Shown here piece after piece: positions 1 to 10,594 of a stretch of DNA of 64,000 nt (the stretch's first letter is position 1; each line of letters begins with the position of its first letter). Source of the stretch: Candidatus Hermodarchaeota archaeon (GTDB lineage Archaea > Asgardarchaeota > Hermodarchaeia > Hermodarchaeales > Hermodarchaeaceae); assembly GCA_016839805.1 (NCBI GenBank), contig JAEOTO010000015.1, positions 32,001 to 96,000 of the forward strand, read 5' to 3'. Both the position numbers and the translations under genes were made by a program. The notes under the pieces are model-generated. The model had not been told where the DNA came from. It did no database searches and saw only the letters and a program-made list of their open reading frames with translations.

Positions 1-88
1 TCTACAATTGTCTGTTGAAAATAAACCATTCATCTATCAGACCAACTAGTGGGTCTTTTGATATGAACAGGAATGGGTTCCACCAATA

Positions 89-865
89 TTAGGATGGAAT
101 GAAGGCGGTTGCTTGCCAATAGTTGAGACTAATAATTTGGCAGTTGGTGACCTGTGATCCATACGTTGCGATCCATTCAGTGTTAGAATCTACAGCATAA
201 TGAATTGGGATGAAGAATCGAGGCTCGATTACATTCAGAGCATGGACGACTTCTTCGTTAGCCATGGTCTGACATCCAGGCCCTAGAGGGAGGAGTGCCA
301 CATCAATCTCGCCTGTTATTTGATAATATTCAGGGATGTTCTTTGAGTCTCCAGCGTGGAATATCGTAAAGCCATTGATGTCGATGATGTAGCTGGTCCA
401 GTTCGCTTCTTCTGGATGACTAGCTGGATACCCTTGGAGAGAAAATGTGTACATATAGAAGGCTGTAATCGTGATATGTCCCACTTGGAGTTGGTCTTCC
501 GGATTCACGCCGATTCCATCATGAACCAGAATCTCTGCGCTCATGTTCTCTGGAAAGATATTTACTGTCCCCTCCCTCTGCAAAAGAGTAACCACATCAC
601 CCTGATAATGATCACCATGGGGATGTGTGATCAACACTGCATCAGCAGGTAAGTCTCCATATGTTGAATCTAGGTTAATTGGGTCCACGTAGATGCGTAT
701 TCCCTGGTGTTCAATCATTACTCCAGCATTATCCAATAAGGTGAATCGAATTGAATTGGCATTTTGGTTTAGGAAAGAAAACGCTACAACGGATGAACCT
801 ACTACGACAATGGTGATAATCGCTGTTACAGTGACTGTAATCTTCATTCGTTTGGAAAGGCTCAT
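89..865 (-). CDS. Membrane-anchored MBL-fold metallo-hydrolase (UPF0173/YtkL-like)
   Basis: N-terminal hydrophobic helix; THPHGDH (HxHxDH), FHAGD and IPIHY motifs. Confidence 0.85.
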   Translation of the reverse strand: MSLSKRMKITVTVTAIITIVVVGSSVVAFSFLNQNANSIRFTLLDNAGVMIEHQGIRIYVDPINLDSTYGDLPADAVLITHPHGDHYQGDVVTLLQREGTVNIFPENMSAEILVHDGIGVNPEDQLQVGHITITAFYMYTFSLQGYPASHPEEANWTSYIIDINGFTIFHAGDSKNIPEYYQITGEIDVALLPLGPGCQTMANEEVVHALNVIEPRFFIPIHYAVDSNTEWIATYGSQVTNCQIISLNYWQATAFIPS

Positions 866-1056
866 GTCATTTCATAGAATTTCGTGGAATATATTTTCAT
901 GGAATCCGGTTAGTTCGGAATTTCGCTTTTAGGTGAGGAGGAGTTACGATATTCGAACTAATTGGTTCGGGTTTGTAACCATAGAATCGAACTCATGCTC
1001 TCTTGAATGTGTCCTAACTTGAATGGCTGGCTAACGGTTTTGTATTCATCCGTTAC

Positions 1057-1671
1057 TCACTCATTCTTGAGTGGTTGCCTAATCACGGTTCGTAGCTTTT
1101 CTGGGGTTGTCCGTCGTGGATCACTGAGGTAGATTTCATGGTGTTTTCCTCGGAGTTCATAGCCCTGATTAAAGGCGTATTGGTGCATGGTTTCAATGAC
1201 TGGGCCTTCTTCGGAGAAGGGACCGATATGCATCACTTGGACTGATACACCTTCTTGGTAGGTTTCTAATCGCATCTTTGACAAGGCAGTTGGATTCTTT
1301 TTCTCTTGCACAACTTCAATAGCTTCTCTGTAGTGGTCTGTAGTTACTTCAGGAGGTTGCATAATCATGGATGTCCACAGCCATTCTTCTTTTCGGCTGT
1401 TGATAATGAACGCGTTCATATCCTTTGCCCACCATAATCCTTCTAAGGGCATGACCGTGTAATCGATAACTTCGGCTTTTTTTAGTGCGAATTTTAAGGT
1501 GTACGCTATGGGGTAGAGGGCTTCCATGGCCTCCTGATATTCTTGAGAGGTTTCGGGGTAGCCCTTTCCGTCAATCATAAGAAACTGCATGTCTGGCACA
1601 TAAACGATGACCGGTGTTAGTGGGGGATTATAGAATTCCTTGAAGATTTTTTTGTGGTCAACTTTTTCCAT
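1057..1671 (-). CDS. GyrI-like small-molecule-binding protein (Lin2189/YtkR7-like subgroup)
   Basis: FLMIDGKG, PLEGLWW, HIGPFSEE and GKHHEIYLSDPRR motifs. Confidence 0.85.
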   Translation of the reverse strand: MEKVDHKKIFKEFYNPPLTPVIVYVPDMQFLMIDGKGYPETSQEYQEAMEALYPIAYTLKFALKKAEVIDYTVMPLEGLWWAKDMNAFIINSRKEEWLWTSMIMQPPEVTTDHYREAIEVVQEKKNPTALSKMRLETYQEGVSVQVMHIGPFSEEGPVIETMHQYAFNQGYELRGKHHEIYLSDPRRTTPEKLRTVIRQPLKNE

Positions 1672-1672
1672 T

Positions 1673-2836
1673 TTATATCACATCTGCGTTACTCGCGTTT
1701 TTGAGTAGTTCAATTGCCTCCTTTTCCACCTCATAGAGCTGTAAAATCCATTCCTGAGTAATGGGGAGAAACTTCGGAGCATTGGCAACTTCGACTAGGA
1801 TTTCATCCAAATTCGAAGCGAGTTCACGATTAATAGCTTGCAACCGCTCTGTGGCCCCTGGTGCCTGTTCCTCACCAATACGATTTTGTTCCAGAATAAG
1901 TTCACGGGCTCGACGGAGCATCGGATACTCGTCGGGTAGTAAAAAGGTAGCAATCTCACTCCATATAGTTGCCGCTTGCTGATACTTGGTAATCACTGCG
2001 TCCAACCCCGGCATGTGGAAAAGCTCAGATGCCTCTTGCAGGTATCGCGCATACATGGGACGAAATGCACTTCCGCCAGTGCCACCTACTTCGATATAGA
2101 TGAAGCCTTGATAGAGGGCGTTCCATAACTTTTCTCCAGGGAACAGCTTTGGCCATTTAACGATAAGCTTCGCCCATTTCTCGATGCCTTTCAATCCGAT
2201 ATTTCGTATCGGCGGATTCAACATCCCATCAATTGTATGGTGTATAGATTCATTTATCATCTCTCTGGTGATGTTCAATTGTTCAGGGAGTTCGAGATCA
2301 AAAATTGCATGCTGGGGTGGCCAAGGAGGAAACTTAGACGCTCTCGCCCTCTTCAACTCATCTATCCTTACTGTCACACCTCGGTGTGCCCGATCAGAGA
2401 TGTACACAATATCCGCGGCTTCGTCGATACCGTAGACGACGAAGACGTGCTGCCCAAAATGGGAGTCTTCAGGAACCCCCATATAGGGAAGATAGGCCAT
2501 GTCCGCATAAATCACGGCTGGCTCCATGTTCGCCAACTTTTCAAGCAGCCAGGTATGTCCCTTTTTGCTACTCGTTGTTCGCTGCACGACCAGTGAGGCA
2601 CCAGTCCGTCGGACCGCATCATCGATGAAATGCCGTCCACCACCACGACCACCTACCATGGGTGCTGGCATCTGCTTAACATACCAATAGATGAACCCGA
2701 TTCCGCCCCCGAGTCCGAAGAGCATCTCTTCCGTTATTGGTAATCCATGATGGCGGTAAACTTTCTGAACGGCACTGGTTTCACAATGCAGCCCACCAAA
2801 CAAGTTGAAATCATCAACGACAAACTGATTACTCAT
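1673..2836 (-). CDS. BtrH N-terminal/DUF4872 family protein (papain-like Cys-His-Asp)
   Basis: HCETS, EEMLFGLGGG, D.xYLPY, HFGQH..VV.G.D and ISD motifs; C-terminal GTGG..FR..Y. Confidence 0.8.
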   Translation of the reverse strand: MSNQFVVDDFNLFGGLHCETSAVQKVYRHHGLPITEEMLFGLGGGIGFIYWYVKQMPAPMVGGRGGGRHFIDDAVRRTGASLVVQRTTSSKKGHTWLLEKLANMEPAVIYADMAYLPYMGVPEDSHFGQHVFVVYGIDEAADIVYISDRAHRGVTVRIDELKRARASKFPPWPPQHAIFDLELPEQLNITREMINESIHHTIDGMLNPPIRNIGLKGIEKWAKLIVKWPKLFPGEKLWNALYQGFIYIEVGGTGGSAFRPMYARYLQEASELFHMPGLDAVITKYQQAATIWSEIATFLLPDEYPMLRRARELILEQNRIGEEQAPGATERLQAINRELASNLDEILVEVANAPKFLPITQEWILQLYEVEKEAIELLKNASNADVI

Positions 2837-3390
2837 ACTCTATTCTCACTCCGTTCTTTCAGCTGATGTGTCACACTTTCAATCCACGCAAGTTCTGCTT
2901 GTCCACGAACAAGCCCGTGATCGAAGATGATTTCTGCTCCGAAGGGAAGGGGGCGTTGTTCCTTGCGTAGCTGCTTTAGGTGGTTAATCCGTTGACGCAA
3001 TTTTTCAGCGTAGCCTACAAGACCTTTGATAGCTTCTTCGACGGGAAGTAATTCAATGTACGCAGCGCCTAGATCAACACGCCCACGTGGACGTTCAGGT
3101 TCTGAAATATACAGTTTGATGATGTGCTTCAAAGTAGAACGTCCCCGACGTGTCAATCGGTATAACTTCCGAGCTGGACCTTTCTCCGATGGGTTCAGTC
3201 GGCTTGTAATTAATTTGACTTTTTCGAGTCGATTAAGAATTGCATAGATTGAAGAAAAGCCGATATCTGTCCAATTCCGAACTCCCCGCTCTTCTATGGC
3301 TTCGTTTAGTGCATATCCGTGGGCTTCACCTTCACTGAGTAAACTAAGTACTGCGACTTCAGCCTGTGTTAACTCATCAGGTATTCTCAT
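2833..3390 (-). CDS. PadR-family transcriptional regulator
   Basis: LSLL..HGYAL, SSIYAILNRLE and RKLYRLT..G motifs; 4-nt overlap with the downstream gene. Confidence 0.9.
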   Translation of the reverse strand: MRIPDELTQAEVAVLSLLSEGEAHGYALNEAIEERGVRNWTDIGFSSIYAILNRLEKVKLITSRLNPSEKGPARKLYRLTRRGRSTLKHIIKLYISEPERPRGRVDLGAAYIELLPVEEAIKGLVGYAEKLRQRINHLKQLRKEQRPLPFGAEIIFDHGLVRGQAELAWIESVTHQLKERSENRV

Positions 3391-3396
3391 GATATA

Positions 3397-3416
3397 GTAT
3401 TCTAATAATAGAATAC
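3397..3416. promoter_or_regulatory. Perfect inverted repeat, candidate PadR autoregulatory operator
   Basis: GTATTCTA-ATAA-TAGAATAC between the minus-strand TATA-like element (~3417-3428) and the PadR ATG. Confidence 0.65.
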
Positions 3417-3609
3417 ATATTAATGTTTCGAATTCAACAAACCAAGGAATAGATTCGACTACTCGGCATTTCGAAAGGTCAACCGATTTCTTTAGCCGGA
3501 TGTCTAAAATTTATATAGCTCGCATTCCTTTTGCATCATGATGTTTGGGAATAGTGGGTAGGTTATTCTGGCCATATTCTACGTCAAGATCGAGCTTGGT
3601 GGGTAGAAG

Positions 3610-6600
3610 ATGTATAAATTCCGATTTAAGCAATTCATTTGCCTCCTGGCGATTTCGTTTTTAGTTGTTCCATCATTGGTAGCAACTGCAACACCATCTT
3701 TTGCAGTAAGGGACCCTTCAAGTTCTTCCAGCTCTCCTACTGTTAATACTTTAGACACTAATCGATTTGAGGGGCTAACAGAGGGAGTTGGAAGCTTAGA
3801 TGATCGAGTTAGTGATAAAGAACGAGAGTGGTATTGGCGTGATGCGAAGGGATCTTGGCAGGATTATCGTGATAGTTTAACATCATATCGTCAGGCTGCG
3901 GAAAGAATCCGCCATCGGCAAACAAGCTATTTTACTCAAATGGGTTCAGGAATGCTAATACAAGAACAAGTGGAAGGGAACCGACTTCGAATATCGGTAC
4001 GTATTGGGAGTTATAGTATTCTCTCCTATGCTTTTGATGAAGGTATGTATCAGACAGTTATTGTGGAGGGGGCAGAGACATCGACAGATTATGGATGTCC
4101 AACACTTCCATATAAGAACCTCTTGTTTTCTCTACCTGCTGATGTTCATCCACTTTCTGTTCAAGTGAATTCACGATTAATGGAATCTATTGATGGGTTA
4201 TCTCTAGTCCCTGGTCCTGAACCTCTGCGTCTTGCGAGTACTTATCCTAATAATCCCACAATTTACTTTGATGAGCAAGCATATTCAACTTCAAGTTTTA
4301 TGCCTACATCCTTAGTGGATTACAACGAGGTGGGAATGCGAGGGACTAAGGGCTTATTTGTGAAACTGAGTCTCATGCAATATAATCCTGTTCAAAAACA
4401 CGCTAGTATCGTGGTCGCCCTCGAAGTCGATATCACCTTTTCAGAACCCGTAACATCTGAGGAGTTGCACATCAATCCATATGAATCCCAGTTCAACGGT
4501 GGGGGACAGGATTATGTGATAATTGCCCCCGCATCATTTGTACCAAATTTGGGTTCCTTTCAGCAGTGGAAGCAAGATTTGGGATATGACGTCTCCATTA
4601 TGCCTGTGGAAACCATCTATGCTACCTATTCCGGACGGGACTACGCTGAGCGTATGCGGACTTTCATCCAAGCGTCTTACACACAAAATAATACGTTGTT
4701 CTTTCTCTTTGTTGGAGATGGTGATGTAGTGCCGACACGAATGGTTTGGGATCCATACCTAGCAGGTGGACTAGATAACGGCACCGAACCCAGTGATATG
4801 TATTTTGAGTGCCTAGATGGCGATTGGGATGCAAACGGTAATAGCCTTTTTGGGGAGACGGACGATAACGTTGATTTCTTCCCTGAGGTTTTGGTTGGAC
4901 GTATCCCTGTTCAAACTGTTACTCAGGCTGAAGACGTACTTGACGCCATTATTCAATTAGAAAGCAATCCCCCACCTGGTTCATGGATGAATGATGTTCT
5001 GTTGATTGGACCCGATTGTTTTGGATCCGGGGATGGTGCAAATATGATTGAAGAGGAACTCAATCAACAGTTCCTCTATGATTCTTTCTTTGATGTCTAT
5101 CGTACTTATCCTACTGATGGATCTTTATCCAACATTAACGTGATTAACCGGATTAATACTGGTGTGGGTATCGTCGACTTCTTTGATCATGGGTGGTATG
5201 GAGGCTGGGTTGGGGCATTAGATGAAGAAAGCGGAAGTGAGGTTTCGAATCTTCTGAATGGTGCGAAAACGCCCTTTGCCTTTGCTATGGCCTGTGAAAC
5301 TGCGGCCTTTGATGCTGAAGCTTACGAGCCAACAATTGGTGAAGCTTTCTTCCGGAATCCCAATGGTGGTGCCATTGCTTATATTGGTGCTACTCGGATT
5401 GCTTGGGCAGGCTATCATGCTTTTGACGGGCTTCATAATCGCTTCTGGCATTATTTCTTTGACTCAGCACTCACTAAATGGTTTGCCAGTCCGAAGCTCG
5501 CTCTCCATGCAGCTCGTCAAGAAATGGTAACGACCTATTCTATGACTGATCCAATCAGTCTTGAGACAGTCTATCAGGCCATCTATTTCGGGGACCCCTC
5601 AATGTCCCTATACTGGAAACACAATATAACCAACTCTGCCACTCAGGTTGAAATCAACGAAGTTGTGCAATTGAATGGAACCTGTAATCTACTCTACAAT
5701 AATACACCTATCAGTGACACCGTCAATGTACTTGTTCGTGATCCTCTTGGACACGTCGTCTATAATAGCCCTCACATTACAGATAGTCAAGGCAGATATA
5801 CTGCAACTTTTACTGTCAGTGAAGTTGCTGGGAATTACACTGTTGAAACCACTATTACACAACCTTTTGACTATACGGCCGTTAACACCTTTTATGTTGG
5901 CAACCATTCACTAACGCTTCAGTTGGATTCTTCTCCCCAATACTTCAATTTTCTCGACTTCTCAGGAAGTGCCACAGCTGATGGAACTGGAAATGCTACA
6001 TTGGTTGATGCTGAAGGAAATCTCGTTTCCAGTAAACTCTTTACTATAACGGGTGGGGCATATTCAGAAAGTCTGAATCTCACTGCATTTGGCTGGCTTA
6101 TTCTCCATTTAACCTTAGAAAGTGGCATGGAGCATGGTGGAGTTAGCACGAACTTTTTGGTACGACGTGGTGACATACTTGTAATCGCTGATGATACAGG
6201 TGCATTTGGACCTGACTATCCCGGTGGCTGGACCGCTAATAATCGCGGTGATTCAACAAATCTTGGTGATTATTATGTTGCACTCAAATCCGAATATGCG
6301 GTCTCTATTTTCTATCCTAGGTATGAGAGAGAACCTAGCCTTTCATTACTTCAGAGCTATGACGCTGTCATAGTTACCGTCGGAGATAACTTTGGATATC
6401 CTCTCATTTCACCAGATAGTTTTCTCCTCGATGTGTTATTCTCCTACCATAACAGTGGTGGTCAAATCCTCTTTGAAGGATGCTTAATGTCCGAAGACCT
6501 TGCAAATTCCATGCATAATGCAACTTTCAAGAGCCTTACCCATACCGAACACGTAAAGAACCTAGCAAATACTGGCTCATTAACACTGGAAAACACTTTG

Positions 6601-9600
6601 CATACAATCACGTCTGGATTACCTGCTACTATTGCCCTGCTTGATGGTCTTGGAACACCCTATGCGGATGTCATCACGGCTTTTAATGGTTCAACCTGTG
6701 TAAGTGGTTATGTGGGGGAGGTGGCACCACATGCCGCTATCACTGCTCTCACTCCAACTCCTACCTATGGAGGTGTGGTCTATATCGGATTTTCTATCGA
6801 CGCGATTAGTAATCAGGATCACCGCACACTCCTCATTCAAAACGCCATCGCCTTTCTTCTACAACCTAGTATTGAAGCTATTCTTTCCGATGATGCCTTA
6901 CAAACAGGTACTACAGAAACTATCATTATCGAAGTCTTTGAGGCTGCTACAGGTCAACCCATTTCTGGTGCAGAAGTAACCTTCAATGGATGTGGGATTT
7001 CAGCTACCAACCATACTACTTCCTTTGGCAACTGTTCACTCATCATCACACCTACCAGCGCAGGAATAATTACCGTTCAAATCACCAAGTATGGGTTTCT
7101 AAATTTGACTGGTGCCATCATTGTCTACGATTTACCCATAATTGAAGTCAACACTATTCCAACCTATCTGGTCAGAACCACACCCCAAGACCTAGTGGTG
7201 ATTGCCACCAATTATTATGAACACTTCCCTCTCGATGGCTGTTTCATTAATATTACAGGTTGTGGCGTTAGCGATACTGGTTTCACGAATTCTTCAGGAA
7301 TGGTGGAATTTACAGTTTCACCAACCATCTCTGGATTAATATCAATACATGCCAACCTCAGTGCTTATGTAAATGTCACTAGCTCAATCGGCGTTCGTCT
7401 AATTGCATTAGTATTACCAAGTGCTGGAACCGAGTTTCCCAGTGACTTTTGCTGGGACGAAATTAACCTAAATTGGCAGGATTATGGCACGATACCACTA
7501 TTCATCAATTATACGACCTTTGCTGGTACAAATACTAGCTTCACTATTCAAGACCTCGAAACAAGCAATGCTGATGCCCTTATCATTCCATATCTCTTTG
7601 AACCCTATTCTCCCCAAGAAATTGAAGCGATTAACACTTATGTGCGTGCTGGCCATGGATTATTTGCCAGCGGTTTTGCCATAGCATTGCATTCGGAATC
7701 GATGGGTCCCTTTTTTGGTGTAAAAGAGAATCTGTTCTTCGACACATATTATAGTCTATCCAATCTGAATATATTGCAGCCTGGACACGCTATTTTTCTG
7801 AATCTTCCTGATCCCTTCACAACATCATATCCGTTCTCCTTTTATCCAATGGGTACAGGTTGGGACCTTTCAGTACTCCAAGGGGCTAGTTACCTTGCCA
7901 TAGATACATCTGGATCAAATTATGGAACAATTCTTACATACCGAGGAATAGTCTACACATCATACTTCCCTGAATTACTATCCAATAGGGACGATCGACA
8001 ATTAGTGTATAACATCCTTACCTGGTCTGAGTATGAGATCCCCGACCATGAACTTCGTGTAAGTCTGGCAGCTCCTAATTACTGTGAACCCGGTGACACA
8101 GTGCAAATTAACGCCACCGTATACAATGAGGGCTTGAATAACGAAACTAATCTTCTGCTTCAGCTCTTCATTGATAGTCTACAGGTGGCATCACTCCCAA
8201 TTCCTGAACTAGCAAATTTCACGAGTGAAACCTTGTCGTATCTTTGGACACCCTTAACGGAAGCTATTTACAACATTACTGCCTACGTCGCGCCAGTCCA
8301 AGATGAAACAGACACGAGTAATAATGCAGTTACAAGATTTGTCACCGTTAGACCTATTGAAGGTTGGATTCTCTGGGATAGCATACACCTCACAGATCCC
8401 ATGAACTATTACTCAGACTGGTTAACAGATTTGTCGAATTTAGGGTACGTAATCGAGGAAATTTCAAGTGGCTCTATTACATCTGTTCTTCTGGATAGTT
8501 ATGATATCCTAATATGTGCCCAACCCTATGCCAGCTACTCAGGTGCAGAACAGACTGCCATTCAAACCTTCGTTTTGAATGGAGGCGGATTACTAGTCAT
8601 TGGTGATGATTCACCCACCATCTTTGATATGTTGACACTCTTTGCGGGGATCGACTGGGAATATGGAGGATATGCTGGGACCACATCAGATATCACTCCT
8701 CATCATGTTACAACTGATGTTTTTTCTGCCTACTTCGATTCTCCAATTTGTGAACTTTTGGTTTCAAGTGGTGCAATTAGTCTCATTCGGAATGGTGGGG
8801 ATACACTTCTAGCGGTTTCTGAAGTTGGATCTGGTCGAGTTCTAGGGATTGGTGATGAGCACACGATTCAGGATGGTGCTATCAATCAAGCTGATAATCG
8901 TCAATTAGCGCTCAATATGATTGACTGGCTTCGTCGGATTCAATATCTCCATGATCTCCGTGTGTTTCTTGAAGTTCCTCTCTATGGCTTACCTGACGAT
9001 CCGGTATACATCAATGCAACAGTCAGAAACAGTGGCTTAGAAAATGAAACTAATATTACTGTCCGTTTTTACGTCAATACTTCCTTAGAAGATACAATCA
9101 CAATACCTGAATTAAATAGCAGCGATTCAATCAAAGTTGGAACGATATGGACAACCTCCACCCTTGGACACTATAACATCACTGCATTCATTGTCCCAGT
9201 TCCCTTGGAAAATGTCACAACAAATAACATTGACACACGATGGATACGAATCCGTGAAATTAGCACATATGTGTTATTCGATCGATCCCACGAGAACATG
9301 TTTGAAGAAAATTACACTCAATGGTTTGCTGAGTTATACACCTTAGGCATTTCAGTTGATGTTTTATATTCTGGTCCTATTGATGCTTCAACCTTGAGTG
9401 GTTATAATGCACTTTTGTGTATGAATCCCTGGCTCACCTATTCTAGTGCTGAACTAACAGCAATCCACAACTTTGTTGATAATGGTGGTGGACTATTCGT
9501 GACCGGTGGATGGAACCCTGCTGTTGCTTCCAGCCTTACGGCGCCTTTTGGTATCACATACGAAGATGATTTTAATTCGAGCATTGTCAGTGATATAACA

Positions 9601-10536
9601 AACCATCCGGTAACTGAGAACGTAAATTATATTTATCTAGAATGGATGGAGACACACCTTGTAGTGTCAACTCCGGCGATATCTCTTGCTCGAACACCAG
9701 GAGGTGATACAATCCTTGCTGCTTCAGAATCTGGTGGTCGGGTCGTCGGCTTCGCATCAGGTGTCGCACTTTCCGATTACCTAATTCAAACCATGGACAA
9801 CTTTCAGCTAGCTGTAAATATTATTACATGGCTAACTGATGACAACATTGCCCCACTCCCACCCATCCTTAATGAGATAGCAGAAACTATAACTTCACCT
9901 GACTTTACCGTCACTTGGTCTACCGCTACAGATCCTGATGGTGTTATCAGTTTATACCACCTGCAACTCGATGACGATTCTGCATTTATTGGAGTCATCG
10001 GATCGTGGTCTACAAGCGACACAAATTACACGGTGACCATAGTACTTGATGGAACCTACTACTTGCGAGTCCGGGCCCGAGATGATGGGGGTCGGTTTAG
10101 TTCATGGAGTAATGTCATCACGATTACTGTTGAATTACCCAACCTTCTACCCATTGCACCGGTTCTCAGTATTACTGATTTTACCGGTACGACTGTGACT
10201 TTAAGCTGGACTGAATCAGATGATCCTGATGGCTATGTAAGTAACTATCTTATCCAACTGTCTCCAAATCCTGCTTTTACATTCATCTCCGGAACCTGGT
10301 TCATCAATGATACTTCCCTAGCCATCGCAAATCTTCCCGCTGGTCCCTGTTTCTTCCGCGTCTCAGCCATCGATAATGAAGACGCCTTAGGTGAATGGAG
10401 TAATGTCTGTGACATTCTCGTTCCTGGTATTCCCACTACAATCTTCATCGCTGTAACTGCAATAATCGCTACTAGCGTTTGTGTTATTGTCATTGCATAT
10501 TGGGTCCGAAAACGACGAATTCCCGGCAAAGCTTAA
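3610..10536 (+). CDS. Secreted, membrane-anchored peptidase C25 (gingipain-like) with propeptide, Ig-like/CARDB, DUF4350-type and FN3 modules
   Basis: Signal peptide; LFVGD, SD.YF, VGRIP, FFDHG (His) and MACET (Cys), AIAYIGATR, FGDPS; two CARDB+DUF4350-like units; two FN3-like repeats; C-terminal TM helix + RKRR. Confidence 0.88.
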   Translation: MYKFRFKQFICLLAISFLVVPSLVATATPSFAVRDPSSSSSSPTVNTLDTNRFEGLTEGVGSLDDRVSDKEREWYWRDAKGSWQDYRDSLTSYRQAAERIRHRQTSYFTQMGSGMLIQEQVEGNRLRISVRIGSYSILSYAFDEGMYQTVIVEGAETSTDYGCPTLPYKNLLFSLPADVHPLSVQVNSRLMESIDGLSLVPGPEPLRLASTYPNNPTIYFDEQAYSTSSFMPTSLVDYNEVGMRGTKGLFVKLSLMQYNPVQKHASIVVALEVDITFSEPVTSEELHINPYESQFNGGGQDYVIIAPASFVPNLGSFQQWKQDLGYDVSIMPVETIYATYSGRDYAERMRTFIQASYTQNNTLFFLFVGDGDVVPTRMVWDPYLAGGLDNGTEPSDMYFECLDGDWDANGNSLFGETDDNVDFFPEVLVGRIPVQTVTQAEDVLDAIIQLESNPPPGSWMNDVLLIGPDCFGSGDGANMIEEELNQQFLYDSFFDVYRTYPTDGSLSNINVINRINTGVGIVDFFDHGWYGGWVGALDEESGSEVSNLLNGAKTPFAFAMACETAAFDAEAYEPTIGEAFFRNPNGGAIAYIGATRIAWAGYHAFDGLHNRFWHYFFDSALTKWFASPKLALHAARQEMVTTYSMTDPISLETVYQAIYFGDPSMSLYWKHNITNSATQVEINEVVQLNGTCNLLYNNTPISDTVNVLVRDPLGHVVYNSPHITDSQGRYTATFTVSEVAGNYTVETTITQPFDYTAVNTFYVGNHSLTLQLDSSPQYFNFLDFSGSATADGTGNATLVDAEGNLVSSKLFTITGGAYSESLNLTAFGWLILHLTLESGMEHGGVSTNFLVRRGDILVIADDTGAFGPDYPGGWTANNRGDSTNLGDYYVALKSEYAVSIFYPRYEREPSLSLLQSYDAVIVTVGDNFGYPLISPDSFLLDVLFSYHNSGGQILFEGCLMSEDLANSMHNATFKSLTHTEHVKNLANTGSLTLENTLHTITSGLPATIALLDGLGTPYADVITAFNGSTCVSGYVGEVAPHAAITALTPTPTYGGVVYIGFSIDAISNQDHRTLLIQNAIAFLLQPSIEAILSDDALQTGTTETIIIEVFEAATGQPISGAEVTFNGCGISATNHTTSFGNCSLIITPTSAGIITVQITKYGFLNLTGAIIVYDLPIIEVNTIPTYLVRTTPQDLVVIATNYYEHFPLDGCFINITGCGVSDTGFTNSSGMVEFTVSPTISGLISIHANLSAYVNVTSSIGVRLIALVLPSAGTEFPSDFCWDEINLNWQDYGTIPLFINYTTFAGTNTSFTIQDLETSNADALIIPYLFEPYSPQEIEAINTYVRAGHGLFASGFAIALHSESMGPFFGVKENLFFDTYYSLSNLNILQPGHAIFLNLPDPFTTSYPFSFYPMGTGWDLSVLQGASYLAIDTSGSNYGTILTYRGIVYTSYFPELLSNRDDRQLVYNILTWSEYEIPDHELRVSLAAPNYCEPGDTVQINATVYNEGLNNETNLLLQLFIDSLQVASLPIPELANFTSETLSYLWTPLTEAIYNITAYVAPVQDETDTSNNAVTRFVTVRPIEGWILWDSIHLTDPMNYYSDWLTDLSNLGYVIEEISSGSITSVLLDSYDILICAQPYASYSGAEQTAIQTFVLNGGGLLVIGDDSPTIFDMLTLFAGIDWEYGGYAGTTSDITPHHVTTDVFSAYFDSPICELLVSSGAISLIRNGGDTLLAVSEVGSGRVLGIGDEHTIQDGAINQADNRQLALNMIDWLRRIQYLHDLRVFLEVPLYGLPDDPVYINATVRNSGLENETNITVRFYVNTSLEDTITIPELNSSDSIKVGTIWTTSTLGHYNITAFIVPVPLENVTTNNIDTRWIRIREISTYVLFDRSHENMFEENYTQWFAELYTLGISVDVLYSGPIDASTLSGYNALLCMNPWLTYSSAELTAIHNFVDNGGGLFVTGGWNPAVASSLTAPFGITYEDDFNSSIVSDITNHPVTENVNYIYLEWMETHLVVSTPAISLARTPGGDTILAASESGGRVVGFASGVALSDYLIQTMDNFQLAVNIITWLTDDNIAPLPPILNEIAETITSPDFTVTWSTATDPDGVISLYHLQLDDDSAFIGVIGSWSTSDTNYTVTIVLDGTYYLRVRARDDGGRFSSWSNVITITVELPNLLPIAPVLSITDFTGTTVTLSWTESDDPDGYVSNYLIQLSPNPAFTFISGTWFINDTSLAIANLPAGPCFFRVSAIDNEDALGEWSNVCDILVPGIPTTIFIAVTAIIATSVCVIVIAYWVRKRRIPGKA

Positions 10537-10594
10537 CTTCAGTTAAACCCCGCTTTGCATCAGTTTGCTTATCTTAGTGCATGGTGAAAGAGAA

